21,960 nt of DNA, taken from assembly GCA_964395275.1 (NCBI GenBank), contig CAYNBQ010000040.1, forward strand, positions 1-21,960. The letters run 5' to 3'. The stretch is from an uncultured Verrucomicrobiota bacterium (GTDB lineage Bacteria; Verrucomicrobiota; CALLYA01; CAYNBQ01). Under the pieces are notes generated by a model that saw only the letters and a list, made by a program, of their open reading frames with translations, ran no database searches and was not told the origin of the DNA. The stretch's first letter is position 1. The number at the start of each line of letters is the position of its first letter. Of this stretch, positions 7,200-15,589 are shown in pieces. The position numbers and the translations under genes are program-made.

Positions 7200-8315
7200 C
7201 TACCAGTCCCTCGAGTCCGGGACTTCCAGCCATTCCCCGCCGCGCTCGATCGATTCCCGGCTGACGAGGCCGGGCAGGGTCAGGTCCATCGCCTCGTGGA
7301 TCCCCACGGTCGGCGGTTCTCCGCGGACGACGGCGTCGACGAAGTCGCGGATCACGAAATAGTCGCCGCCCCCGTGGCCCGCCGAGCGGACCGCATCGGG
7401 CAGCTCGCGGAGAAGGTCGGGGAGGAACTCGTCCTCGATCTCTTCGAGGTCCGTCCACCGATGCGGATCCTCGCAACGGTCGGCAAGCCAGATCTTGTGA
7501 TGTTCGCCCGGGTGGCGCGCGGATTCGAAACAGCCTCTGGTTCCCTGCAGCGTGTAGTTGTTCGTCGCATGGGGCCGGTTCGAGAGCATGTCGACCCGGA
7601 TCCGGATCAGTCGCCCGCGCTCGGTTCCGGCCGGCATCAGGCAGGTGTCCTCGTTCTCGTAGGGTTTCCCCTCGGAATCGACGTAGTGATGCCCGGATCC
7701 GACGCAACAGAGGCGGGCGACCCGGTCCCCCTCCATCCACTGCAGGATCGGGCCGAGGCTGTGCGTGCCGTAGGTGATCCCGTTGACGCCCGTCTGCCAG
7801 ATCCGCCGCCACGGGGTGGCGACCTGAAGCCCTTTCAACTCGTGGATGTACTCGCCCTCGGCGTAATAGAGCTCGCCGAAGAAGCCCCGGCGGACCATCT
7901 CCCGGACGACGAGGTTCGAGCGCGTGTAGATGTAGTTCTCGGCCATCGCGTAGACGGCGCCGCTCTCCCGGCAGGCGGCGACCAGTTCGCGGCATTCCTC
8001 CAGGCTCACGGCCGCCGTGACTTCCGACAGGACGTGAATGCCCCGGCGGAGGGCGGCGATCGACATCGGGGCGTGGTGCTGCATGGGCGTGGCGATCAGG
8101 ACGGCGTCCAGTTCGGAACGGTCCAGCATCTCCTCGTAATCCGTCCAGGCCTCGGCCGCGCCGAGGGTTTTCCGCGCGGATTCGACCTTCTCCGGGTCGA
8201 TGTCGCAGACCGCGTGCAGCCGCAGTTCCGGGCAGGCGCGTATCGATTCACCGAAGGACCCGCCGCGGCCCGCGGCGCCCACGACGCCCAGGTTCAGCTT
8301 CTCGATTTCCTGCAT
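7200..8315 (-). CDS. Gfo/Idh/MocA-family NAD(P)-dependent oxidoreductase
   Basis: 371 aa. N-terminal Rossmann fold (LNLGVVGAAGRGGSFGES) with the family-typical layout (EKVESARKTLG...; AVLIATPMQHHAPMSIAALRRGIHVLSEV). ATG at 8313-8315 with a GGTGA-type RBS. Lies 4 nt downstream of the preceding gene's stop. Confidence 0.85.
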   Translation of the reverse strand: MQEIEKLNLGVVGAAGRGGSFGESIRACPELRLHAVCDIDPEKVESARKTLGAAEAWTDYEEMLDRSELDAVLIATPMQHHAPMSIAALRRGIHVLSEVTAAVSLEECRELVAACRESGAVYAMAENYIYTRSNLVVREMVRRGFFGELYYAEGEYIHELKGLQVATPWRRIWQTGVNGITYGTHSLGPILQWMEGDRVARLCCVGSGHHYVDSEGKPYENEDTCLMPAGTERGRLIRIRVDMLSNRPHATNNYTLQGTRGCFESARHPGEHHKIWLADRCEDPHRWTDLEEIEDEFLPDLLRELPDAVRSAGHGGGDYFVIRDFVDAVVRGEPPTVGIHEAMDLTLPGLVSRESIERGGEWLEVPDSRDW

Positions 8316-8319
8316 GGGA

Positions 8320-9321
8320 TCACCTTTCCGGGGTCGATTGCGCGAGGGCTTCGCGGACGGCTCGAAGCACGCGCTCGTGGATTCCGCCGGCGGCGGCGAC
8401 GATCCCGCGGTTGCCTTTCAGGGTGCGCCCCCGCCGGAAATCGAGGGCGCGCCCCTCGATGTCGGTCACCCGGCCGCCGGCCTCGCGGACGAGCAGGCTT
8501 CCCGCGGCATGGTCCCAGATCTTCTCCTCGTATCCCGGGCGGGTGGGCAGGCGCAGGTAGGCGTCCGCCTCGCCGCGGGCGACGACGCCGTACTTCGCCT
8601 GGCTGTCGAGACGCACCGGCGGCGCGGCGTTCATCAGGGCGGCAACGCGCGCGGAGATCTCGTGGGCCGAATGGGCGGGTTCGTACGGCTCGCAGAACCG
8701 CGGCGGACCGGTTCCCGGGGCGGTCGTCAGCCGAATCGGGTCGCCGCCTTTCCACAGGGGTTCCATCCAGCTTCCGCTTCCCCGCCGGGCGTGGAAGAGG
8801 CTTCCGGGATCGCCGCCGTCTTCCGATTCCAGGAGCGGGGGAAGGTTGGGGCATCCCAGGACGCCCAGGACCACTTCGCCGTCCTCGACCAGGGCCAGGG
8901 CGACGGCGTACTGATCCCCTCGGAGAAACCCCTTCGTCCCGTCGATCGGATCCAGGGTCCAGAAGCGTTCGGAGGGGCCCCCGGCGCCGTCCCCCCGGTC
9001 GATCGTCCGCAGGATCTCTTCCCGTCCCATCTCCTGGTAAAGGCTTCGGACGTGCTCGCAGACCCGGCCCAGGATCGGGGCGTTCTCCGGTCGCCGCAAT
9101 TGCGAGGAATCCTCCTCGGCGACGACGGGATCTCCGGGAAAAGCGTCGTTCAGCGCCCGGATGATCACCGCCTGCGCGGCGAAATCGGCGATCGTCACGG
9201 GCGAACGGTCGTCCTTGGCCAGGGCGGATGCGTCTTCCGCGCGCTCCTGCACGGCCCGGCAGACGGCGCAGGCGTTTCGGACGGCTTCCAGGGCGGTTGC
9301 GAGGGGTTCGTCGGGGATCAA
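8320..9321 (-). CDS. 3'(2'),5'-bisphosphate nucleotidase / inositol-monophosphatase-family phosphatase (CysQ/HAL2-like)
   Basis: Family motifs WTLDPIDGTKGFLRGDQYAVALAL (DPIDGT metal site) and KIWDHAAGSLLVREAGG (WD..AG). The start is uncertain. The track starts at GTG 9441, which would overlap the DUF190 gene by 35 nt and add an Arg/Pro-rich, non-protein-like 40 aa. I prefer TTG 9319-9321 (LIPDEPLATALEAV...), but this is an inference. Confidence 0.75.
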   Translation of the reverse strand: MIPDEPLATALEAVRNACAVCRAVQERAEDASALAKDDRSPVTIADFAAQAVIIRALNDAFPGDPVVAEEDSSQLRRPENAPILGRVCEHVRSLYQEMGREEILRTIDRGDGAGGPSERFWTLDPIDGTKGFLRGDQYAVALALVEDGEVVLGVLGCPNLPPLLESEDGGDPGSLFHARRGSGSWMEPLWKGGDPIRLTTAPGTGPPRFCEPYEPAHSAHEISARVAALMNAAPPVRLDSQAKYGVVARGEADAYLRLPTRPGYEEKIWDHAAGSLLVREAGGRVTDIEGRALDFRRGRTLKGNRGIVAAAGGIHERVLRAVREALAQSTPER

Positions 9322-9406
9322 GGGAACGGGTCTCCGTGGGCGAACGACGGCCTTCGCCGGTTTGAGCTTCGTACGGGTCGGATCCGGGGGCCTCCCGCGC
9401 GGGGTT

Positions 9407-9772
9407 CTACGATGCGGAATCCTCCGGTCCCGGGGAGGCACGGTACTTGATCACGCGCACCCGTTCCAGGGTGACCAGGCCGTCGCCCATCATGGCGTCG
9501 ATCTCCGGCATCAGCCGGTCGATCTTCTCCTGGCTGTCGACGATCTCGATGATGATCGGCAGGTCCTCCGAGAGGCGTAGGATCCGCGCGGTGTGCAGGT
9601 GGCTCTTCGCACCGAACCCCATCGGCCCGCGCAGGACCGTGGCGCCGGCCATCTTCATCTCGCGCGCCTTCATGACGATCGCTTCGTAGAGGGGCTTGCC
9701 GTGCCACCGGTCGCTCTCGCCGATGAAGATCCGCAGCAGGTAGCCGTCGTCCGGAATCTTGATGCCCGTCAT
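9407..9772 (-). CDS. DUF190-family (PII/GlnB-like fold) protein, crcB-associated
   Basis: 121 aa (MTGIKIPDDGYLLRIFIGESDRWHGKPLYEAIV...). Size and sequence pattern match the DUF190 proteins that habitually sit beside crcB. ATG at 9770-9772. Confidence 0.75.
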   Translation of the reverse strand: MTGIKIPDDGYLLRIFIGESDRWHGKPLYEAIVMKAREMKMAGATVLRGPMGFGAKSHLHTARILRLSEDLPIIIEIVDSQEKIDRLMPEIDAMMGDGLVTLERVRVIKYRASPGPEDSAS

Positions 9773-9820
9773 CGTCCCTTTCCTTCTTCCCGTCGCCCGC
9801 GCCTCGCCCGGCTTTCCCCC

Positions 9821-10207
9821 TCACAGTCCGAAGAGACGGACCGCCAGACGCCATCCCGTCCATGCGGCGACCAGTCCGACGACATTGTTCAGCAGAAGAT
9901 TCAGCGCCGCCAGCCGGAACGATCCCGCGGAGGCGAGCGTCAGCGTTTCCCATGCGTACGACGAAAACGTGGTGAACCCGCCGAGAAGACCGACCAGGAG
10001 GGCGATCCGCAGGTCTTCCCGGATCAGGATCGGGCCGCTCAGGGAGGTGGCGAGGAAGCCGATGAAGAAACAGCCGACCACGTTCACCGTCCAGGTGCCG
10101 ACCGGGAAAACCTGGCCTCCGATCCGCTGGGCCCACCCGGAAACGCCGTACCGGAGGAGCGAACCGGTGGCGCCTCCCAGCGCCACGGCGATGATGCGCG
10201 TCCACAT
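9821..10207 (-). CDS. crcB: Fluoride ion channel CrcB/Fluc
   Basis: 128 aa with four TM segments and the CrcB signature motifs (GSLLRY near the N-terminus; GLLGGFTTFSS). ATG at 10205-10207. Confidence 0.9.
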   Translation of the reverse strand: MWTRIIAVALGGATGSLLRYGVSGWAQRIGGQVFPVGTWTVNVVGCFFIGFLATSLSGPILIREDLRIALLVGLLGGFTTFSSYAWETLTLASAGSFRLAALNLLLNNVVGLVAAWTGWRLAVRLFGL

Positions 10208-10302
10208 GAGAAGGGGTTCCCGGACCTACCCGGCTCCTTCACGCGCAGCGTCCCGCCGCCGTCTCCCGCGCGCGGGATGCGGAGGATCCCGTCGCATGTC
10301 GC

Positions 10303-12030
10303 TCACCGGGGTGCAGCCGCCGTTTCCAGCCGGACCGAAACGCGCGGCAGCCAGGCGTCGGTGTGGTACGGCCGTCCTTCCCAGACGTAGTAGACGTCGG
10401 CGTAGGGCCGAATCCGCTTCTTGACGCCGTTGGACTCCCTCTTCGCCAGCTCGGGAGAAAAGACCAGTTCGTACTGCAGTTCGACGGAGGCGCCCGGCGC
10501 GAGTTCCTTCGGCGGTTCGTCCCCCACGAGGCGGGTCTTCACGAGATGATCTTCGCTCGGTTCCACGTCGGGACGCAGCCGGCCGTTGACGAAAACGAAG
10601 GCCGTGCCGCCGGGATAGTCCTTCTCGCTCTTGTCGCCGCAGGTGAAGACCAGGTCGGTCATCGGCGAATCCTCCAGGTTCCGGAAGCGGACCGTGGCGT
10701 GGTACGTCCTGCCGGCGATCACCTCGGGGGCGGTCTTCATCGTGCGCCGGGGGTCGTAGGGAAGGATCTCGAGATCCTTCGCTTCGAGCAGTTGCGCGGT
10801 CACCTCGTGCCGGGGGATGTACGGCGGGAAATGGTAGATCGTGTCGCCCTTGGGTTTGCCCTCGATGTCGATCAAGCCCCAGGGGCGCATGTAGGGCTTG
10901 ATCCAGTTCGGATCCGTGGTGCCGATGAAATAGCCGTCGAGATGGAATCCCTTCAGGTTGCCCTTCTCGTCGTATTCGGCGCGGGCCCGCTTTTCCCAGC
11001 CCCGGCCTCCCCAGTGGTCGTTCAGGACGAAGTAGGAGGCGCCGCAGACCCATTTCGGATCGTATTCGCCCGGCCGCGGCGTGGTGAGGTTGCGCCACCC
11101 GTCGAGAACCGTCTGCCGGTAGTGTTCGATCTCCGCGGGCGTGTAGGGACGCGTTCCCCCCCGGAAGGTCGGATCCTTGTCGATGCTGTCGGGCAGGGGG
11201 AAACAGGACCATCCTTCCGTGAGGATGATCGGGATGTCGGGATCGCCGCGGTAGGCCATCTCCTGGTGGCTTTCGATGACCTGTTCCATGTCGACGAAAC
11301 TGCCGCGGGGTCCGTAGGCGTGGATGGCGAGGATCTCGAAGTTGCCCTTGGCGCCCGCTTCGTAGAGGGCGCCGATGTGGTCGCGGTCGGAGTAGCAGAG
11401 TTGCCCGATGATGAGCCGGTTGTCCGGATGGGCCTTCTTCATGCCGCGGTGCACGGCCTTGATCGGATCCATGTAGTAGTAGTGCCAGTCCGGGAAATAC
11501 GGACGGTACGTCTCGGGAGCGACGAGATCGCGTTCGTTGCCCCCGGTGGAGAAGATCACGCGGTCGCCGTAGGTCTCCCGCGCGTAGCGGCAGGCGGCCT
11601 CCGCCCACTGTTCGAGGAGCCGGTTGTACCGGGGGATGTCGGTGAACCGGAACTTCTCGGCCCAGGGGTTCCCGAAGAACCGGAGATGGCAGATCAGGTA
11701 CTTGTGGTTCCGTTCCCAGGGATCGACGGTCACGCCGCTGAAATCGTAGACCGGTTCGCCGTCGCCGGGATCCTCCTTCTGGGTCGATCCCCAGTCGATC
11801 CCGAAATGGCCGGTGTTCTGTCCGGCGAGATCCTGGAACTTGCGCCGGATCTTGCGCGGCGGGCCGACGTCGTCGCAGTCCTCGCCGGGATCGCATCCCG
11901 GGGCGGTGAGCATGAGCATGAATCCCTCGGGGACCTCGCCGCGCGCCGGGACGGCTTCGCCCGCGCCGGCCGCGACGGCGAGCATTCCAACCAACAACGG
12001 AAAGCACAGATACAGGCGTCGTTCTTGCAC
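10303..12030 (-). CDS. Secreted putative glycoside hydrolase (TIM-barrel, clan GH-A-like)
   Basis: 575 aa. GTG start at 12030 preceded by GAGGAGAA. Sec signal peptide (MQERRLYLCFPLLVGMLAVAAGAGEA). Motifs resembling clan GH-A catalytic regions (NFEILAIHAYGP; IPIILTEGWS). Rich in Trp/Tyr, as expected for a carbohydrate-active enzyme. Family not recognised. Confidence 0.55.
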   Translation of the reverse strand: MQERRLYLCFPLLVGMLAVAAGAGEAVPARGEVPEGFMLMLTAPGCDPGEDCDDVGPPRKIRRKFQDLAGQNTGHFGIDWGSTQKEDPGDGEPVYDFSGVTVDPWERNHKYLICHLRFFGNPWAEKFRFTDIPRYNRLLEQWAEAACRYARETYGDRVIFSTGGNERDLVAPETYRPYFPDWHYYYMDPIKAVHRGMKKAHPDNRLIIGQLCYSDRDHIGALYEAGAKGNFEILAIHAYGPRGSFVDMEQVIESHQEMAYRGDPDIPIILTEGWSCFPLPDSIDKDPTFRGGTRPYTPAEIEHYRQTVLDGWRNLTTPRPGEYDPKWVCGASYFVLNDHWGGRGWEKRARAEYDEKGNLKGFHLDGYFIGTTDPNWIKPYMRPWGLIDIEGKPKGDTIYHFPPYIPRHEVTAQLLEAKDLEILPYDPRRTMKTAPEVIAGRTYHATVRFRNLEDSPMTDLVFTCGDKSEKDYPGGTAFVFVNGRLRPDVEPSEDHLVKTRLVGDEPPKELAPGASVELQYELVFSPELAKRESNGVKKRIRPYADVYYVWEGRPYHTDAWLPRVSVRLETAAAPR

Positions 12031-12041
12031 GGGACTTCTCC

Positions 12042-12072
12042 TCTGGAAAAGACACGTCTGGAAAAAGACACG
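12042..12072. promoter_or_regulatory. Tandem direct repeat (15 + 16 bp) in an AT-rich island just upstream of the 10303..12030 gene start
   Basis: tctggaaaagacacg (12042-12056) followed immediately by tctggaaaaagacacg (12057-12072). Each unit contains an ACACGT core. Sits about 12-40 bp upstream of the GTG at 12030 on the transcribed (minus) strand, in a 168-bp intergenic gap. Confidence 0.4.
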
Positions 12073-12105
12073 CGGAGAGTACCTTCGCAGACCCCGCCCG
12101 CCAAG

Positions 12106-12181
12106 AACGGGAAAAGAATTTCCGGGCCTTCCGCCGACGAGGCGATTCCGGCGGCGTTTCCGGCGCCTCCCGCCCGGAAGG
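12106..12181 (-). terminator. Candidate intrinsic terminator downstream of the 12199..15486 gene
   Basis: GC-rich inverted repeat ccttccg (12128-12134) ... cggaagg (12175-12181) with further internal pairing. On the minus strand it is followed by a U-rich tract (plus-strand aacgggaaaagaatttcc, 12106-12123). Begins 18 nt after the stop at 12199. Confidence 0.4.
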
Positions 12182-12198
12182 ATCGATTTCGACTCCGT

Positions 12199-15100
12199 TC
12201 AGTACGTGGTGAGGGTTTCCGAGACGGGGAAGGGGGAGGGGGCGCTTTCCACGGGGACGTCGTCGCGCGAGAGGATGTCGAACGAGACCCCGCCGGCATG
12301 GGGCGTCCCCGCATCGACGCCGTACTCGTACCGGGCGACCCGTTCGCGGTGGACGAGCATCGAAAAGTCCTGCAGCTCGATCTCCTGGTGGAAGCCGCTC
12401 GGCGTATCCCGTTCGCCGGAGTTGATCAGGATCAGCACGTCGTCCATCGGATTCTGAATCCGCAGCACGTACCGGTAGAACCGGGTCTCGTCGCCGACCG
12501 CGACCACGCTCCGCGTTCCGGCAAGCTCGATCCCGTCGTGCAGGACCAGCAGGGTGAACCGACCGTCCGGATCGTCCGTGCGCGCCCGGAACCGGATCTC
12601 GACCCGGTCGCCCGGCATGAGACCGGCGACGGGCCCGCCGGCAAACTGCGTCGTGGTCAGGCGCCACGATTGTCCTTCCACGACGGCTTCGACATCGATC
12701 CGGGCATGGAAGGGAACGACGTAGACCGTCCCCTCCCAGCTTCCGTCCTGCCGGACGCTCTTGAGGAGACCGGTTCGGGATGCGCCGGCGCCGACCTGCA
12801 CGATGTTGTACCGCTGCTCGGGGCGGGCGCCGGCCGGTCGGACCACCGCTCGAACGGGGCCGACGCCGCCCGTGACGCCGGGGCGGGGGACGCCGTCCGC
12901 GGCCAGCGATTCGTACGCCGCACGCGCCGTTTCGTTCCAGCCGGCGTCGTCCCAGGTCATGTGATGCACGAACGAAACCCCGTGCTCGAAGACGTAACGG
13001 ATCTGTTGTTCGGCGGCGGACACGCTCGCGGTGTGCGGATGGTATTCGCCGATCGACACGAGGCCCAGGCCGGAAGAAAACGATCCCTGGATCCAGTTCC
13101 GCGCGCGATCGTACCAGATGCCGTATCGGGTGCCGCCGTACCCGGTTCCGGCGGCCAGGCTCCAGGCGATGGGGGTGATCCGCCGGCCGCTCAGAACGTC
13201 GCCGACGGCGTAGTCCGCCGGGATCTGGTGGGTCTTGATGATCTCCGGAGGGAAACCGGCAAGAAGCGATTCCCGCATGCCTTGGGCGATGCGGAGGTTG
13301 ACCACCCTCCGTTCGTATTCGACCCACGCGTTGTAGAACGGGTTCGACGGGTCGTACGCGTCCCAGGCGCCGCGGCCGAGGTTGCGCGGCGGATCGAAGT
13401 CCTCCCGTCCCGCGAACGACGTGCCGTGGCGGCTGTTGACCTTGGCCAGGGTCGTGTACCGGCGCAGGAGATGATCGTAGAACCCGTCGATCATCGCCGG
13501 GTTGTAGTCGCCGATCGTCTCGTCGTCGGCAACGTAGATCTCGAACTCGTGATTCGGTTCGAGCGCGGCCAGCCGGGACGGGTCGCCGTCCGTTCCGCGG
13601 AACTTCGGCGCGAGACGGCGCAGGTACTCGCGCAGCGGCCACACGATCAACCGCTCCAGGGGCGCCACGTCCGGCGCCCAGGTCATCACGTAGAACCGGC
13701 TGTCGCCCTCGCCGTAGGTCGTTTGGCGATCGAGCCGCGTCAGCGCCGTGAACCGGGGGAGGCCCGTGTCGGGATCGACGGCGTCGTGCCACGCGTCGAA
13801 TGTTCCGATGAACTGCCGATGGGAGGCGGTCGGTTCCCAGACCGACGGAAGACCGAGCGCATACTCCGCCTGGGTGCGTTCGATGAAATCCAGGAAACTC
13901 CCGCCCGCCCAGTGATCGTAGTCTTCGTTGTCGAAATCGACGTTCTCGCTGTACCCGGGGCTGGCGGCGTCGGTGCGGATGTGGCGGAAGGTCCCGGGCC
14001 GGACGAACTCCGACCAGGGATCCGTCGGCGGGGGAGGCGCGAAGAGGGGATCGTCGCTGACCGCGACCCAGTCGACGCGGGCTTCGAAACCGCGGAAGGC
14101 CTCCCACGTGCCGCCGTCGGGAAGGTCCAGCCGAAGGCGGGCGATGACGCCCTCGTGGGGGCTCATACCGGGGGTGGCGTTGGCCGGAAGGTTCAGGCGG
14201 ACCACCTGGGTCCCGTTGTGCAGGGAAAACGCCGCCCGCCCGACCCCGCCTCCTTCCGGATACCAGAAGACGGCCCCGGTGAAGGTCCCCGCGGGGCCTC
14301 CGGAAACGGTCAACGACATCGCGAACTCCTGCAGGACGTCCCCGTCGTAGTCGGCGACCGGTCCGAGGATGTAGGGGTCGAACGGGGATCCGTCATGCAC
14401 CCGAAGCACCAGCGCGCCGGATTCATACCCGGCGATGCAGGAGGAACTCTTCGCGTACCAGCCCTGCGGGTGGGAATCGAAGGTGTAGACCGGCTCCCCG
14501 CGAGGCGGATCGATCGGGTGGATCCGGAAGAGGTTTTCCCGCCGTCCGACGTCGTGCCGGGCGATGTTCCCGGCGTCGTCGATCGTCCAGAGGGTGGAGA
14601 GAAGGGGTTCCTCCGCCCCGGCGGCGACGCGTTCGTCGGCGAAGGCGGATTCCCACGGGCGGAAGCCCGAAGGAAGACCGTCCGCGGCGAGTTCCTTGAG
14701 AAGACCCCGGTCCGGTTCGAGCGCATACAGACGGCCGCCGGGATGATAGGCCAGCAACAGCACGTCCGGACCGCGGACGTGCATCACGGACATCTCCACG
14801 CGGTTCGTCGCCCCTTGCCAGGGCGCCGGCGCCGCCGTCGTCTTGCGCAGAACGCCGTCGCCGTCGTAGAGGAGGATCCGCCGGTTGTCCTCCCCCGCGT
14901 GACGCGACGTCACGGCGATTTCCTCCCCGGCAACGTCCTCCAGGAAATCGCCGACGGCGACGACGAAGGGCGGATCGAGTTCGGACGCGGGAGCGAAGAC
15001 CGATCGAAGGACGCCGTCTTCCCGGAAGATCCGGATCTCCCGGGTGTTCGTCGCCGAGAAGGGGACGGCGACGATCTGCACGTCCGGCGGAAAGATGCGA

Positions 15101-15486
15101 CCGGCGGCGACCCGCACGCCGCCCGTCACGGACGTCGGGTAGGCCAGGAACTGCAGTTCGGCGATCCCGTAGCGGTTCAGGATCCGGACGACCGTGAGGT
15201 TCATGGATGATTCGCCTTGGCCGGCGACGAGACGGGGTCCGGGGGGCACGAGGGGCGGATCGACCTCGGTCTCTGTCCTTTCGAGTTGCGCGGCCAGGTC
15301 GAGATCGGGATCCGGGACCTGGACCCAGCTCAAGCCGTCCATGCCGCGAGCCGGCGTCGCGGCGAGCGTTGAAAGGAGAACCGCCCCGCGGAGGCATCGC
15401 GCGAACCGACGCCTTCGAGCCGTTTCCGCCCCCCTCCGGACCGGGTCCGCGGCCGGGGGGCGATCCTGCGATCGGCGCGTCTTCAC
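12199..15486 (-). CDS. Large secreted multidomain protein, putative glycoside hydrolase (beta-propeller/beta-sandwich N-terminal region plus GH-A-like TIM barrel)
   Basis: 1095-aa ORF. The track start is GTG at 15486; an ATG at 15340-15342 is an alternative. Neither has a convincing RBS. N-terminal twin-arginine-like signal (ARRRRFARCLRGAVLLSTLAATPARG). FG-GAP/propeller-like repeats (VAVGDFLEDVAGEEIAVT; LLYDGDGVLR). Later TIM-barrel-like motifs (LEPNHEFEIYVADDE; VSIGEYHPH; HHMTWDDAGWNE). Family not recognised. Confidence 0.5.
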   Translation of the reverse strand: MKTRRSQDRPPAADPVRRGAETARRRRFARCLRGAVLLSTLAATPARGMDGLSWVQVPDPDLDLAAQLERTETEVDPPLVPPGPRLVAGQGESSMNLTVVRILNRYGIAELQFLAYPTSVTGGVRVAAGRIFPPDVQIVAVPFSATNTREIRIFREDGVLRSVFAPASELDPPFVVAVGDFLEDVAGEEIAVTSRHAGEDNRRILLYDGDGVLRKTTAAPAPWQGATNRVEMSVMHVRGPDVLLLAYHPGGRLYALEPDRGLLKELAADGLPSGFRPWESAFADERVAAGAEEPLLSTLWTIDDAGNIARHDVGRRENLFRIHPIDPPRGEPVYTFDSHPQGWYAKSSSCIAGYESGALVLRVHDGSPFDPYILGPVADYDGDVLQEFAMSLTVSGGPAGTFTGAVFWYPEGGGVGRAAFSLHNGTQVVRLNLPANATPGMSPHEGVIARLRLDLPDGGTWEAFRGFEARVDWVAVSDDPLFAPPPPTDPWSEFVRPGTFRHIRTDAASPGYSENVDFDNEDYDHWAGGSFLDFIERTQAEYALGLPSVWEPTASHRQFIGTFDAWHDAVDPDTGLPRFTALTRLDRQTTYGEGDSRFYVMTWAPDVAPLERLIVWPLREYLRRLAPKFRGTDGDPSRLAALEPNHEFEIYVADDETIGDYNPAMIDGFYDHLLRRYTTLAKVNSRHGTSFAGREDFDPPRNLGRGAWDAYDPSNPFYNAWVEYERRVVNLRIAQGMRESLLAGFPPEIIKTHQIPADYAVGDVLSGRRITPIAWSLAAGTGYGGTRYGIWYDRARNWIQGSFSSGLGLVSIGEYHPHTASVSAAEQQIRYVFEHGVSFVHHMTWDDAGWNETARAAYESLAADGVPRPGVTGGVGPVRAVVRPAGARPEQRYNIVQVGAGASRTGLLKSVRQDGSWEGTVYVVPFHARIDVEAVVEGQSWRLTTTQFAGGPVAGLMPGDRVEIRFRARTDDPDGRFTLLVLHDGIELAGTRSVVAVGDETRFYRYVLRIQNPMDDVLILINSGERDTPSGFHQEIELQDFSMLVHRERVARYEYGVDAGTPHAGGVSFDILSRDDVPVESAPSPFPVSETLTTY

Positions 15487-15589
15487 CGGAGGAAGGGGAT
15501 CCGGGATCGGAACCGGGATTGGATCTCGAAGGGACTCATCGGTTCAACGATAGCATCCGTGCAGGGCGTCGCAACCGGTTCCGCTCCTT

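Noticed and set aside
7138-7362. 74-aa ORF starting inside repeat copy 2, and the MNRKRA pseudo-start at 7148
   Set aside because: It is a by-product of the duplicated channel start region. The downstream translation is low-complexity, it overlaps the 3' end of the convergent oxidoreductase gene, and it has no RBS context of its own.
10208-10302. Expected fluoride (crcB-motif) riboswitch in the crcB leader
   Set aside because: I read the reverse complement of the 95-nt leader and found none of the conserved riboswitch elements (GGCGAUGG, AAACUGCC, CUGAUG...CCUAC). I did not annotate it. A covariance-model scan would settle this.
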